The notes beneath the pieces were generated by a model that searched no databases, was not told the DNA's origin, and saw nothing but the letters and a program-made list of their open reading frames with translations. A DNA stretch of 64,000 nucleotides from an uncultured delta proteobacterium (GTDB taxonomy: Bacteria; Desulfobacterota; Desulfobacteria; Desulfobacterales; B30-G6): contig CAWGLD010000007.1 of assembly GCA_963823335.1 (NCBI GenBank), forward strand, positions 192,001 through 256,000. The letters run 5' to 3'. Positions 1 through 11,288 of the stretch are shown piece after piece. A program made the position numbers and the translations under genes. The stretch's first letter is position 1; each line of letters starts with the position of its first letter.

Positions 1-566
1 TCCGTCGCAGGGACCCTTTGAACACGATGGGTACCGCTCTCGTACTTGAGACGACTGTAGGCGTTTTTGCCCTTGACCATCGCAATGATTTCCTTCAGCC
101 CACCGACACCTGTTGCATGATGGCCCAGAATCTCCACCTGCCAGTTCGTTATCTCGGCAAAACGCTGGTACATTTTAAAAAGATCGCTGGCAAACAGCCC
201 GGCCTCCTCTCCACCGGTACCGGCCCGGATTTCGATAATAACATTCTTACCGTCCAGGGGATCTTTGGGGATCAGATGTTTTTTGAGTTCCGCCTCCAGG
301 GACGCTTTCTTTTCATTCAAACGATCGATCTCATCCCTTGCCAGCATGTTGATTTCCGGATCCTCGTCCTTAAGAAGCTCCAGACTTTCATCGATTCCGA
401 CAGCGACGGCCTGATAGTCCATAAATACGGCCACGATTTTACTGAGGTCTGAATGCTCGCGGGCATACTTCTGGTATACTTCCTGATCCTGAATAATCTT
501 TGGATCGCTCAGAAGTCCTTCGAGTTTATAATATCGTTTTTCAATGCCGATCAGTTTGTCAAACAT
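1..566 (-). CDS. prfA: Peptide chain release factor 1 (runs off window start)
   Basis: Manual minus-strand translation from ATG at 566: MFDKLIGIEKRY...IIEIRAGTGGEEAGLFA...LKYESGTHRVQRVPAT; follows rho-rpmE. Not in the ORF track because its stop is outside the window. Confidence 0.95.
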   Translation of the reverse strand, partial: MFDKLIGIEKRYYKLEGLLSDPKIIQDQEVYQKYAREHSDLSKIVAVFMDYQAVAVGIDESLELLKDEDPEINMLARDEIDRLNEKKASLEAELKKHLIPKDPLDGKNVIIEIRAGTGGEEAGLFASDLFKMYQRFAEITNWQVEILGHHATGVGGLKEIIAMVKGKNAYSRLKYESGTHRVQRVPAT

Positions 567-724
567 GGCAGCCTGCTATGTCCATCGCATCCGTTAAAAC
601 ACATGATTCCGGCACACCTCTTAACGCCGAAACAGCTCGACGGGCGTTAAACACAAAAACACGAAAACGCCTGGTTTCGTGCTTTTGTGTTTGGGGCAAG
701 GTCCCCGGTTCATTCGCTAACGGT

Positions 725-943
725 TCAGTTATCCGCCTTATCTTGAAATTTCGCGTATTTTCTGCGAAATCTTTCAATGCGGCCGGCTGTATCGATGAGC
801 TTTTGTTTCCCAGTGAAAAAAGGGTGACATTTGGAGCAGATCTCAACGCTGATATTCTCTTTGGTCGAGCCAACCTCCAAAATGTTGCCACATGCACATT
901 TGATGTTTGTTTCCGTATACTTCGGATGAATGTCCGCTTTCAT
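725..943 (-). CDS. rpmE: 50S ribosomal protein L31 (Zn-binding type)
   Basis: MKADIHPKY...CACG...[15 protein letters not shown]. Confidence 0.97.
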   Translation of the reverse strand: MKADIHPKYTETNIKCACGNILEVGSTKENISVEICSKCHPFFTGKQKLIDTAGRIERFRRKYAKFQDKADN

Positions 944-960
944 TTAATAGTAACCCCCTG

Positions 961-2208
961 TTATGTGTTCATAGATTCCAGAAAATCTTTATTATCCTTT
1001 GTTCCGGTCATTTTTTCAAGTAAAAATTCGAGTGAATCCACCGGATTTAAGGAAGAAAGCAATTTTCTCAATATCCATACTCGGTTTAATGTCTTTTCAT
1101 CAAGCAACAGTTCTTCTTTTCGGGTCCCTGATTTGTTGATATCGATAGCCGGAAAGAGTCGTTTGTCCGATAGTCTTCTGTCCAGCTGGAGTTCCATGTT
1201 TCCAGTGCCCTTGAATTCCTCAAAAATGACCTCATCCATACGACTGCCGGTATCGACAAGTGCGGTTGCAATAATGGTGAGACTGCCGCCCTCTTCGATG
1301 TTTCGTGCCGCGCCAAAAAATCTCTTTGGACGTTGAAGGGCATTGGAATCCACACCGCCCGAAAGAATCTTACCGCTGGGCGGCATGACGGAGTTGTAGG
1401 CCCTGGCCAAACGCGTAATACTGTCCAGCAGAATAATGACATTCTTTTTGTGCTCTACGAGTCTCTTGGCCTTTTCAATCACCATTTCGGCCACCTGAAC
1501 ATGTCTTTCAGCAGGTTCGTCGAAGGTGGAACTGATTACCTCTCCCTTGACCGATCTCTGCATATCGGTAACCTCTTCAGGCCGCTCATCGATCAACAAG
1601 ACAAATAACTCAACATCCTTATGGCTGGCCACAATACTGTTGGCAATAAATTGCAGCAACATGGTCTTGCCTGTTCTGGGTGGAGATACGATCAAGCCCC
1701 TCTGACCAAACCCGATGGGCGTCATGAGATCCATAATACGTGTCGAATAGTTATCTTTGTCGGATTCAAGATTTACCTTTTTGTCAGGATACAGGGGCGT
1801 CAAGTTATCAAAAAGGATCTTGTCGCGCGCAACTTCCGGGTCTTCATAGTTGACGGCCTCAACTTTCAGAAGCGCAAAATATCGCTCAGATTCCTTTGGT
1901 TGACGAATCTGACCCGAAACAGTGTCACCGGTACGCAAGTTGAAGCGGCGTATCTGTGATGGAGACACGTAGATATCATCCGGACCGGGCAGATAGTTGT
2001 AGTTGGGTGCCCTCAGAAAGCCGAAACCGTCCGGCAGAATTTCCAATGTGCCTTCTCCGAATATCAGCCCATCTTTCTCTATCTGGGCTTGAAGCAGGGC
2101 AAAAATAAGCTCCTGTTTGCGCATGCCGGCAGCCTGATCTATTTTAAGATCCTTGGCCATTTTGGCGAGTTGACTGATCTTCATGTCTTTTAGTTCAACA
2201 ATATTCAT
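961..2208 (-). CDS. rho: Transcription termination factor Rho
   Basis: [26 protein letters not shown] Walker [14 protein letters not shown]. Confidence 0.98.
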   Translation of the reverse strand: MNIVELKDMKISQLAKMAKDLKIDQAAGMRKQELIFALLQAQIEKDGLIFGEGTLEILPDGFGFLRAPNYNYLPGPDDIYVSPSQIRRFNLRTGDTVSGQIRQPKESERYFALLKVEAVNYEDPEVARDKILFDNLTPLYPDKKVNLESDKDNYSTRIMDLMTPIGFGQRGLIVSPPRTGKTMLLQFIANSIVASHKDVELFVLLIDERPEEVTDMQRSVKGEVISSTFDEPAERHVQVAEMVIEKAKRLVEHKKNVIILLDSITRLARAYNSVMPPSGKILSGGVDSNALQRPKRFFGAARNIEEGGSLTIIATALVDTGSRMDEVIFEEFKGTGNMELQLDRRLSDKRLFPAIDINKSGTRKEELLLDEKTLNRVWILRKLLSSLNPVDSLEFLLEKMTGTKDNKDFLESMNT

Positions 2209-2668
2209 TTGTTACCTACCTCTTTGATTAATGTGACTATCGATTTCAGCAATGTAAAGAAAAACTAAATTGCAGGCGGCTTATAGTCTGCTAGTCGTGT
2301 CGAGGAAATTTCGAGTGTTTTGTGATATTCTTAACCTTGCAGATGTTTTTTAACCCCTCAGAAAAAAAGATTCCCCCTGCCCCCGAACCATGCGATACCA
2401 AAAAAACAGGCAGATTTTTGGATACATGATAGTGCCTGAAACATTTGTATCAAAGGGTTGCAGCGTCGACAGGACGCTCATCACATTGCTTGAGATGGGT
2501 TGCAGGTATTTTTCAAAAGGCGGGTCCGTGCCTTGATTTACTGTATAGATAATTCATGATTGCGTGCCTGTCAAGCTTTTTGGTAGAAACATAGTGGAAA
2601 ATATAATCCTTAAACCGATCATATCTGTATTGACCTATTCATTAAAAACCGCATAGGCTTACGAGGTC

Positions 2669-4078
2669 ATGAACCATTTCAACATAGATCCTCTCCCCAG
2701 GAAAAAGGGCGTTTATATCGTAGGCGGTTCTTTGAGGGATCGTTTTTTAGGCAGAACCCCCACAGATGTGGATATCGCTGTTCATGGTGATGCAGAGCAG
2801 TTTGCCCACGAACTGGCCACAAAACTGAACAGCCGTGTCATTGCCATGGGCAGGCAGACGCATTCTATGTTTCGTGTGGTCAGCCAAAACCGTATCTTCG
2901 ATATTTCACCCCTGCAGGGTGCCACCATTGAAGAAGATCTTAAAAATCGGGATTTTACGATCAACGCCCTGGCCTATGAAACAGTGTCGGCAAAAGTCAT
3001 CGATATCGCCCGTGGGCTTCAGGATATCCAGGACAGGCAGATCCGACAGGTTTCAAATACCTGTTTTCAGTCAGACCCCTTACGCCTCCTGAGAGCATTT
3101 CGAATCGCAGCCCAACTGGGCTTCAAAATAGAAAAACAGACCCTCGAGACACTCCGGAACAACACCCATCTGATCACCGATACTGCCGCCGAGCGAATAC
3201 GCTCAGAGCTGTTCGGCATCCTTGGGACATCGGACACCCATGACTGGCTGCGGAAAATGGCCGATACCGGGATTTTATTTCGTATTCTGCCGGAAATGAT
3301 CGCCATGAAAGGCTGCCCTCAAAACAGCTACCATGCCTTCGATGTTTTTGAACACACTATCCGAACAGTTCATCACGTTGAAGAGTTGACCACCCAGGAC
3401 CAACGTGATGACCTGGATCCTCGACCCTTGACGGCACCCATGGATATGCCCCGCCAAATCCGCCTGAAATTGTCAGCCTTGCTGCATGACTTGGGCAAAC
3501 CGCTGAACATGCAGCGAACCATTGGCGGTCGGGTCAGGTTTACGGGTCACGCCTTCACCGGCGCGCGGATGGTGGGCGGCCTTGGTGAGAGGCTTCGATT
3601 TTCCCGCAACGAGATCGAACATGCCGTAAAGATGGTTCGATTTCATCTCAGACCGCTGTTCCTGTTTAACGCCAGGCAGAAAAATACTTTGACGCAAAGA
3701 AGTATCACCCGGTTCTTCTTGAAAACGCATGCCGTTACCGCTGACATACTCCTGCTTTCCCTGGCCGACATGCGAGCAAAGCAGGTTTCTGCATATGCGG
3801 CGGACTCTGGATTTGAGCTGTTTATCAGGGAATTGATTCACCAGTATGAATCCGTTTTCAGGCCGTCCCTTGAAACCCCCGCCCTCATATCCGGTCATGA
3901 CCTGGTCCATTACCTGCAGCTGACACCCTCACCCCTGTTTAAACAGATTCTTGCCTGTACAAGAGAACATCAACTGACCGGCCAGATAACGACCCGTAAA
4001 GAGGCACTCAAATTAGCGGCGGATGCAATCACCAACAATGCACCCTTGGAGCTTGACATTGCTAAGCGGTTTTTGTAG
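2669..4078 (+). CDS. CCA tRNA nucleotidyltransferase / poly(A) polymerase family protein with HD domain
   Basis: VGGSLRD, DVDIAV, RDFTINA, DPLRLLRAFR, LLHDLGK. Confidence 0.9.
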   Translation: MNHFNIDPLPRKKGVYIVGGSLRDRFLGRTPTDVDIAVHGDAEQFAHELATKLNSRVIAMGRQTHSMFRVVSQNRIFDISPLQGATIEEDLKNRDFTINALAYETVSAKVIDIARGLQDIQDRQIRQVSNTCFQSDPLRLLRAFRIAAQLGFKIEKQTLETLRNNTHLITDTAAERIRSELFGILGTSDTHDWLRKMADTGILFRILPEMIAMKGCPQNSYHAFDVFEHTIRTVHHVEELTTQDQRDDLDPRPLTAPMDMPRQIRLKLSALLHDLGKPLNMQRTIGGRVRFTGHAFTGARMVGGLGERLRFSRNEIEHAVKMVRFHLRPLFLFNARQKNTLTQRSITRFFLKTHAVTADILLLSLADMRAKQVSAYAADSGFELFIRELIHQYESVFRPSLETPALISGHDLVHYLQLTPSPLFKQILACTREHQLTGQITTRKEALKLAADAITNNAPLELDIAKRFL

Positions 4079-4179
4079 AAGCTGTAATTGTTCAGGCACA
4101 TAGACTGCAGGCTTTGAGACTGAAAGCGTAGACCGTATATGACCACACGCAGTATCTAGAAGCTATAGCCTTCAGCCGA

Positions 4180-4300
4180 GTCAACTACCACCCGTGAAAC
4201 GGGTGGCTTGGATTTCCCCCAAAATGGGGGAAAAACAAAGGAGACGGCACGTCTCCGTAAGTTCAGGTTCGGAACCGCGTGCCAAGCACGCGGTTTGTAG
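4180..4300. mobile_element. Small palindromic element resembling an IS200/IS605-derived non-autonomous element
   Basis: Begins GTCAACTACCACCCGTGAAACGGGTGGCTTG (hairpin); further hairpins such as AACCGCGTG-CCAAG-CACGCGGTT; no ORF. Confidence 0.45.
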
Positions 4301-4364
4301 AACAATCAAGTTTGATCGTAGATTATTAATTATACAATAGGGATTCAAAAAAAAGGAGACGTAC

Positions 4365-5039
4365 ATGAACATTTTATTTTTCGGTCCAAATGGCAGTGGC
4401 AAAGGTACTCAAGGATCTATCGTCAAGGATAAATACCAGACCCCTCACATCGAATCGGGTGCTATTTTTCGTGAAAACATTTCCAATGGCACTGAACTCG
4501 GGGCCCAGGCCAAAGCGTACATAGACAAAGGCGACCTGGTTCCTGACGACATCACCATCCCCATGATTCTCGACCGCCTTCAGCGTGATGATTGTAAAGC
4601 TGGATGGCTGCTGGATGGTTTTCCGAGAAACAAGAACCAGGCCATCAAGCTGGACGAGGCCCTCAAGGCGGCCGGTATGCGTCTCGATATTGTCGTAGAG
4701 ATCCTGCTGGACCGTGAAATAGCCAAAAACAGAATCATGGGCCGCAGACTATGTGAAAATGACAACAATCACCCCAACAATATCTTTATCGATGTCATCA
4801 AACCGGACGGTGACAACTGTCGTGTCTGCGGTGGTGGCCTGAAAACACGCGATGATGACCAGGACGAAGAAGCCATCAACAAACGGCACAATATCTATTA
4901 TGACACCGAGGTGGGCACGTTGGCATCCGCTTACTACTTTAGAGATCTTGCGCAACAGGGGCAAAACCTCAAATATATTACCCTGAATGGCGAGCCCAGC
5001 GTCAAGGACGTCACCAACGAACTGCTTTCAAAGTTGTAA
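4365..5039 (+). CDS. adk: Adenylate kinase
   Basis: GPNGSGKGTQ P-loop, GDLVPD, LDGFPR, metal-binding LID motif. Confidence 0.96.
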   Translation: MNILFFGPNGSGKGTQGSIVKDKYQTPHIESGAIFRENISNGTELGAQAKAYIDKGDLVPDDITIPMILDRLQRDDCKAGWLLDGFPRNKNQAIKLDEALKAAGMRLDIVVEILLDREIAKNRIMGRRLCENDNNHPNNIFIDVIKPDGDNCRVCGGGLKTRDDDQDEEAINKRHNIYYDTEVGTLASAYYFRDLAQQGQNLKYITLNGEPSVKDVTNELLSKL

Positions 5040-5182
5040 ATGGCTCTCAGGAGCAAACGACCATCCGTGAAATCATTTTTTTGCTTGCAATTTGATTTAT
5101 AAGTCATTATAAATGCCTGTTTACATAATTGACGATCGAGAATGCTGTTGCATATTTCGTGGAGAAAAGGGGGCGATGTAGT

Positions 5183-5386
5183 TTGAAGGCTATTGAAGTA
5201 AAGGTTTACGATAATGACCTTGAAAAAGCCATGCGGATCTTGAAGAAAAAAATTCAGAACGACGGACTTTTCAAACGGTTAAAACTCAAAAAAAGTTATG
5301 AAAAACCGAGTGAATACAGACGACGAAAACAGCGCGAAGCACTAAGACGTCAGCGGATAGCTGCTTCAAGACGCAGGTACCGATAA
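5183..5386 (+). CDS. rpsU: 30S ribosomal protein S21
   Basis: LEKAMRILKKK...YEKPSEYRRRK; TTG start at 5183 after purine-rich RBS. Confidence 0.93.
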   Translation: MKAIEVKVYDNDLEKAMRILKKKIQNDGLFKRLKLKKSYEKPSEYRRRKQREALRRQRIAASRRRYR

Positions 5387-5404
5387 GCTTTTGCTCATTT
5401 TTTT

Positions 5405-5442
5405 GCCCGGCAGCGTTTCCATAAACTGCCGGGTTTTTTTTT
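5405..5442 (+). terminator. Intrinsic terminator after rpsU
   Basis: CCCGGCAG...CTGCCGGG stem followed by a T-run. Confidence 0.8.
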
Positions 5443-5513
5443 GAGCTTTAAGCTGTAAGCCGTAGGTCATAAGCCGCTTATAGCTTAAAGCTAATAGCTC
5501 AGGGCTAATATAA

Positions 5514-6812
5514 ATGCATACCCATCAAACTTACAACGACTGTCTGACCGCCATGTACAGCCTCAGAAGATTCGGTATCAAGATGGGGCTTTCAACCATC
5601 AGGCGTATTTTGAAGGAACTCGGAAACCCGCAGGATAATTTTGGTTGCATTCATGTGGCGGGCACCAACGGAAAGGGCTCCATTGCCTCGGGTATCGCTT
5701 CTATCTTGAATGCCGCCGGATACCGGACCGGACTGTACACCTCCCCTCATCTGGTAACTTTCAATGAGCGGATCAGCATCAATGGCAGCCACATATCCAA
5801 TGCCAGAGTTGTGGCAGCCTACCATGCCGTCAAAAACGTCCATAAGGGTTCCCGGGAGCCAACCTTCTTCGAATTTTCGACAGCCATGGCTTTCTATGAT
5901 TTTGGCCGGGAAGGAATTGACTGGGCCGTCATTGAAACCGGTATGGGTGGGCGACTCGATGCCACCAATATCGTCAGGCCGGCCGTCAGTATCATTTCCA
6001 ACCTGTCACTGGAGCACCGGGAATACCTGGGCGACACCCTGGCGCAAATTGCCGCTGAAAAGGGCGGCATCATAAAAAAGGGCGTACCCGTTGTCACAGG
6101 TGTCAGACAACCAGGGGCGCTGTCCGTACTGACCGACATCGCTGCCGCAAAATCAGCCCCTGTCTTCCGTCTGGGAAAACACTTTCGGGTGCGCAGGAAA
6201 TCAGGCAGCACTTTTACCTTTTTCGGTATCCAGAACCGATGGCCAGACATGAAAACCCGTCTCATGGGCAGGCACCAGATCGACAATGCCGCCATCTCCC
6301 TGGCTGCATGTGAACTCCTGAATCGTGGTGGGGTTTCCATCTCGGAAGATAACTGCCGACAGGGCCTGTTGAACCTGAGCTGGCCTGGCAGGCTCGAAGT
6401 TGTTTGCGAGTCCCCCAGGATCATCCTGGACGGGGCTCACAATCTGATCGCTGCCCGAAAACTGGCCGCCTTCCTGGCAAAGGAAACAGACCAGCGTCCC
6501 ATCACCATGGTCATCGGTATCCTGGACGACAAACCATATGAAGCCATGTTGTCGGCCCTCATTCCTGTCACAAAAAAGGTGATATTCACCCGACCCAAAA
6601 TCGATCGAGGCCTGCCCCCGGAAACGCTGTATGAAGAAGCCCGTCAATATGGGAAGGAGATGACGATCTTGCCGGATGTCCACCAGGCTGTCCAGCAGGC
6701 AGTCAACCAGGCAGCACCCGATGATGTCATCTGCATTGCCGGCTCCCTTTACGTCGTCGGTGAAGCCAAGACGTCCCTTTCTCAACACCTGCCACCGAAC
6801 CTTTGCACTTGA
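5514..6812 (+). CDS. folC: Folylpolyglutamate/dihydrofolate synthase
   Basis: HVAGTNGKGS, YTSPHL, ETGMGGRLDATN, WPGRLE, LDGAHN, GSLYVVG. Confidence 0.96.
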   Translation: MHTHQTYNDCLTAMYSLRRFGIKMGLSTIRRILKELGNPQDNFGCIHVAGTNGKGSIASGIASILNAAGYRTGLYTSPHLVTFNERISINGSHISNARVVAAYHAVKNVHKGSREPTFFEFSTAMAFYDFGREGIDWAVIETGMGGRLDATNIVRPAVSIISNLSLEHREYLGDTLAQIAAEKGGIIKKGVPVVTGVRQPGALSVLTDIAAAKSAPVFRLGKHFRVRRKSGSTFTFFGIQNRWPDMKTRLMGRHQIDNAAISLAACELLNRGGVSISEDNCRQGLLNLSWPGRLEVVCESPRIILDGAHNLIAARKLAAFLAKETDQRPITMVIGILDDKPYEAMLSALIPVTKKVIFTRPKIDRGLPPETLYEEARQYGKEMTILPDVHQAVQQAVNQAAPDDVICIAGSLYVVGEAKTSLSQHLPPNLCT

Positions 6813-6845
6813 CAGAAACATCCGCTTCACTTACTTATGCCCCAT

Positions 6846-6921
6846 GCGCCCGTAGCTCAGTGGATAGAGCGTCAGCCTCCGGAGCTGAAAGCCGCTGGTT
6901 CGATCCCAGCCGGGCGTACCA
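6846..6921 (+). tRNA. tRNA-Arg(CCG)
   Basis: 76-nt cloverleaf GCGCCCG...CGGGCGT-ACCA; anticodon arm TCAGC-CTCCGGA-GCTGA; GGTTCGATCC T-loop. Confidence 0.96.
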
Positions 6922-7358
6922 TAAATAATAGCAGGGACTGTAGAAGTGATTCTGAGTCCCTGTTTCATTTTGACAGATTGCTATACCCAACACTATATCC
7001 AAAAGCTGATCCAACAATGGCCTGACAATGAAACAGAGCACTGACCTTTTAGAAAGCACCATCGCCCTCATCAAGGATACCCTATATTGAAAATCCCGCT
7101 GTAAAATAGCCTAAATCTCTTTAACTTTATCATTGCCAGTTATCGGATAATTGATAAAGCTCTAATCATACATCACAAGTTCGGCATTAAATAAACTTTG
7201 CAATTAGGAAGAACTCTGTTTAAGTAGGCATAAAGTTTTACATGCATTAGTTAACAAATGAATAATACTACCGGTCTCGATTTTCTGATGCGGTTTTAGC
7301 AAGGGCAAGACATGGGAATCGTGATCTAAGGAGTAACAACGCTATATAGGGTGACGCT

Positions 7359-7733
7359 ATGAGGATCAAATGGCTTGTTATAATTGCGATATCGTTAATA
7401 ATGATCGGATGCGGGCCACAAACCCGGATTCAAAAGACCTATATTCAAATGGATCATGAAAATGCTGGCGAAGTGATTATTTTCAACTCTTTCGATGAGG
7501 TTGGAAGATCTTACATAAAGGTGGCAGCACTTGAGGTTACCACTCACAAGCCCCCCAATAATACAGAAAGAAACAAAATGATAGAATCCCTCAAATCCAA
7601 GGCTCGCAAAGTTAGTGCAGAGGGTATTGTTATCATTGATGAAGGGCGTCACGTCAGTAGAATACGCTTTGAAGGCCGTTATCGAGATTTCTACATTTTT
7701 TTCATAAAAGGTATCGCAATCGTTTATGAGTAA
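7359..7733 (+). CDS. Hypothetical lipoprotein (cassette gene)
   Basis: Signal peptide with lipobox MIGC; followed by repeat R1. Confidence 0.7.
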   Translation: MRIKWLVIIAISLIMIGCGPQTRIQKTYIQMDHENAGEVIIFNSFDEVGRSYIKVAALEVTTHKPPNNTERNKMIESLKSKARKVSAEGIVIIDEGRHVSRIRFEGRYRDFYIFFIKGIAIVYE

Positions 7734-8201
7734 TACGCCTCAGACTATAACATGTCCTACAGCCCTTTGAATTCTGGTAGTATCTCCAACAATCCGGTAG
7801 ATATCAGACCCCTAATATTTTACCGGTGTGTGAAAATTATCACCACCGACCGAATCTTGCACTGATAGACCCTACCTTGGCATCGTGGGCATAGCCAGAT
7901 GGTATCGGCAATAATTTCGTTGAATTTGATAACTGGACCTATCTCCATGTATCGGTAGTTGAGTGATATTTGGTTTTCTGAACAGATATCCTAATCAACC
8001 ATCGTGGAAACAGCTAATCCTTGACCTCTTTCCCCATGTTATGTATAAATTTAAAGCGCACTTAAATCACAGCTAATCTGATACTGAATAACACTTACAT
8101 CTGACCTGGCCTCCTATTCAATCTGAAAGAACCTTTCCAAGGCATATCATCTTCTATTAACACCCAAGAGGTCTCCCGAGTTTAAGTAAGGAGGAACAAT
8201 C

Positions 8202-9218
8202 ATGAAAACGGCTGCAATCACCGGAAAAGATCGGATGGAAGCTTCCTTTGAAGGAAAAAAATTGGACCGGCACCCTGTATTGCTGTTGCTAGGTGGCCAT
8301 TACGCAGAAATGGCTGGCTACTCCCTTGAGCAGTTTTTAACACAACCGGAAGCTGCCCTGGAGACCTTGAAGCTAACCTGCAAGGAGCTCGATTCTGATG
8401 TCATGTTTGTTCCGCTCAATCCAATGATGCCGGATGCCCTGGAAGCCTTCAGAAAGCTCTTGGGCAAACTGCCGAGCATCAAAAAGGAAGATATCAAAAA
8501 AAAGCTTCCGAAATGGACCGTTAGAAAACCTCGGGAGGATCTACTTTTCAGCGGGCATCTCGACATGTGTGAAACATGTGTCAATGTATTTTCTGAATAC
8601 CATATCGAAACCATGATCGGCGGTCCATGGAGTTTTGCTCTGGAGTTAAGAGGTGCAAACGAAGCAATGCTGGACATATATGACGACAAACCATTCCTTC
8701 ATGACCTCATGAACTACACAACCGAAACCGTTATTGCCAGATGTTTGACTGTCTTGGATATCGGTGTATTCCCCTTCATAGGTGATCCCTCTGCAGGCAT
8801 GAGTCTGATATCACCGGATGTGTATCGAGAGCACGTACTGCCCTATCATAAAAGAATCGTAGATGCAGTGCATGAAAGGGGTGGTCGAATCGCTTTCCAC
8901 ATCTGCGGACACGTGGATCCCATTTTCGAGGACCTCATCGACCTCGGTATCGATGGACTGAGTATCGACGCGCCGTCATCTCTCGAAAAGCTCTTTGAAT
9001 TGGGGAGAGGAAAAACCACGATCATCGGAAATGTGGATCCCATACTCTTTATCGAGGGAACCACTGATCAGCTAGAAGCAGAAGCAAAAAAATGTATGGA
9101 AATCGCCCAGGGGGAAGCCAAATATGTCATTGGTCCAGGCTGTCAGATACCCCTTATGGCAAATCTTGATAACATCCGAGCATTCACAAAAGCCTGCCAC
9201 ACTTACGGAAAGTTTTAG
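8202..9218 (+). CDS. Uroporphyrinogen decarboxylase / MtaA-CmuA methyltransferase family protein
   Basis: GPWSFA, FHICG, IGNVDP, GPGCQIP. Confidence 0.85.
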   Translation: MKTAAITGKDRMEASFEGKKLDRHPVLLLLGGHYAEMAGYSLEQFLTQPEAALETLKLTCKELDSDVMFVPLNPMMPDALEAFRKLLGKLPSIKKEDIKKKLPKWTVRKPREDLLFSGHLDMCETCVNVFSEYHIETMIGGPWSFALELRGANEAMLDIYDDKPFLHDLMNYTTETVIARCLTVLDIGVFPFIGDPSAGMSLISPDVYREHVLPYHKRIVDAVHERGGRIAFHICGHVDPIFEDLIDLGIDGLSIDAPSSLEKLFELGRGKTTIIGNVDPILFIEGTTDQLEAEAKKCMEIAQGEAKYVIGPGCQIPLMANLDNIRAFTKACHTYGKF

Positions 9219-9360
9219 AAGTTATCTCAAAAAAGTTTTTTAGCCCAATTTCTGTGTTGGTCCCTTGCTTCAACTCCTCGGAATACTTGAGTATGCCTGC
9301 GGGTTGAAGTTCGGGCCCGCCTTGAACTTGAGCCAAAATCCTTTTTTTGAGATGGCTCTA
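9216..9360 (+). mobile_element. MITE copy 1 (lacks ~25 bp internal segment)
   Basis: Terminal inverted repeats TAGAAGTTATCTCAAAAAA / TTTTTTGAGATGGCTCTA; homologous to 10974-11145 and 62574-62745. Confidence 0.8.
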
Positions 9361-9709
9361 GTCAGAATATTTCATAAAGAATTTCGATTAATCTGCAGTG
9401 ATTGGATTTGGCGCGAAATTTGAACTACAACATGTGACTATGAACGAATAATTGAAAATATCTGGCACGTATCTCAGGATTTTAAAAATCTTAGAAACCT
9501 GAAATCTCTCCAACAAAAACAAGGTTATCCGGCACCTGAAATTTTACCGGTGTGCGATTATTATCACAACAGACAGAATCTTGTATTCATAGGTCCTTCC
9601 GTGATACCGTGGTGATCACCAGATGGTATCGGTAATAATTTCATCGTATCTGATAACTGGACATCTCTCCATCTATCACCATGCCAAAAGTTAGCATTCA
9701 GGGGATGCA

Positions 9710-10153
9710 ATGAGTACCATCAAACATACAGCAGGTTTCCATATAAACCAGCCAATAGACATACTATTTCCTTTGTTTAGCGCAGAAGGAGAAAAACTTT
9801 GGGTTCCAGGCTGGGATTATGAAAGCATAATGGGATACGGCGATCTTCATGAGGACTACATTTTTTTAACAAAGAATCATGACCATGCTTCGACTGATGC
9901 GATTTGGCTCGTAAAACAATATAAGCCGGAATCCCATTTTGTGCAGTTTTATAAGGTCGAACCAGAAGATAAAGTAGGCATTATTACTGTTCAGTGCACA
10001 AAGATGAATGAATCCCTAACTCAGGTTGATGTCAGCTATGAATATATAGGTTTAAGTAAAAAGGGTGATGAATTTATAGAAAGTTTTACATCGGCTGAAT
10101 ACAAAGCGTTTATTGCTGAATGGAATAGTTTGCTTGTGGGTTACTTTGAATAA
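9710..10153 (+). CDS. Hypothetical protein, possibly SRPBCC-like (cassette gene)
   Basis: ORF with RBS between R2 and R3; GEKLWVPGW motif. Confidence 0.7.
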   Translation: MSTIKHTAGFHINQPIDILFPLFSAEGEKLWVPGWDYESIMGYGDLHEDYIFLTKNHDHASTDAIWLVKQYKPESHFVQFYKVEPEDKVGIITVQCTKMNESLTQVDVSYEYIGLSKKGDEFIESFTSAEYKAFIAEWNSLLVGYFE

Positions 10154-10387
10154 AATATCAAAGCATCTTAGCAGTAAAAACAAAGATGTCAGACACATAA
10201 AATTTTACCGGTGTGCGAATATAATCACAATCGACCAAATCTTGCATTCATAACCTTCTCCGTGGTACCGTAAGGATGCCCAAATGGTATCTGACAAATT
10301 CCCAAATTGTCAAATAGTTGGACTTGTCTCCATCTATCCTGTATTGGGATGATAATTTGTGAGCAGCTGGAACCTATAAGGCAACAA

Positions 10388-10564
10388 ATGACATATAATT
10401 TCGATCCTGACCGATGGTACGAAAATGAACTTTTCGTAATTCAATCAAAATATAAATCTGGCCAAATGACCAAACAAGAGCATAATGAGGCAGTCGAGGA
10501 ACTTGATCGAAAGCATACGATGATGTGGGAACGATTAGACGGTTCCTATCAAATTTTAAAATAG
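10388..10564 (+). CDS. Small hypothetical protein (cassette gene)
   Basis: MTYNFDPDRWYENE...RLDGSYQILK; between R3 and a short site at 10564. Confidence 0.6.
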   Translation: MTYNFDPDRWYENELFVIQSKYKSGQMTKQEHNEAVEELDRKHTMMWERLDGSYQILK

Positions 10565-10737
10565 ATATCTGCAACTTGGTCTAACCGGTAATGTTCTCCA
10601 AAAGTTGGCTGGAAGTTGGTTTTCTGACAATCTGACATTTCGTGAGGCTCAAATTACGGTCATCCATTTCCACTATTCAATCATAATATCGCAATAGATG
10701 GCAAATTTTCCATCGAATATTACTGTTCGGGCAAACA

Positions 10738-11288
10738 CTATGAATGCGGTTCATCGCCTGCTAATCTCAGTTTATCACATTCCTCTAAATAAGCTTTAGC
10801 AAGCAATATTTTTCCGTTCACATGACTTGGATTTTCTTGGCAGAAAGGTTCTAATTCTGCTATTACATCATCGTATTTTTCTTGTTCAAACAAACCACAT
10901 GCCTTGGAATATGGATCTGTTGGCTCAGTTGGAGAGAGTTCTCCATACAGTTCTGCCTTTTTACAGATAAGACTAGAAGCCATCTCAAAAAAAGGGTTTT
11001 GGCTCAAGTTCAAGGCGACCTCGAACTTCAACCCGCAGGTGCCCGCAGGAAATGCCCTTGGGGTGCATACTGAAGTATCCCGAGGAGTTGAAGCAAGGGA
11101 CCAACACAGAAATTGGGTCAAAAAACTTTTTTGAGATAGCTTCTAATCTGTTGTTCTGTTGTTCCTTCCTCCGTCATTGCCCTTATGAGGGCTTAAGAAC
11201 AAGGATTGGGCAGACAAAGAGATGGAAACAAGATGGACAATAGTAAGAGGTACGGTAAGATTCTGTGAAGGTGTTTCATAGCGGCCAT
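10738..11288 (-). pseudogene. Secreted TPR-like protein pseudogene disrupted by a MITE and a nonsense codon
   Basis: MAAMKHLHRILPYLLLLSILFPSLC... with an in-frame TAA; removing the MITE restores EQQISLICKKAE...LFEQEKYDDVIAELE...LLAKAYLE. Confidence 0.6.
10974..11145 (-). mobile_element. MITE copy 2
   Basis: Near reverse complement of 62574-62745; ends TAGAAGCCATCTCAAAAAA / TTTTTTGAGATAGCTTCTA. Confidence 0.85.

Noticed and set aside
18-1959. Plus-strand ORFs at 18-452, 500-1336, 1333-1608 and 1621-1959
   Set aside because: Antisense shadows of prfA, rpmE and rho.
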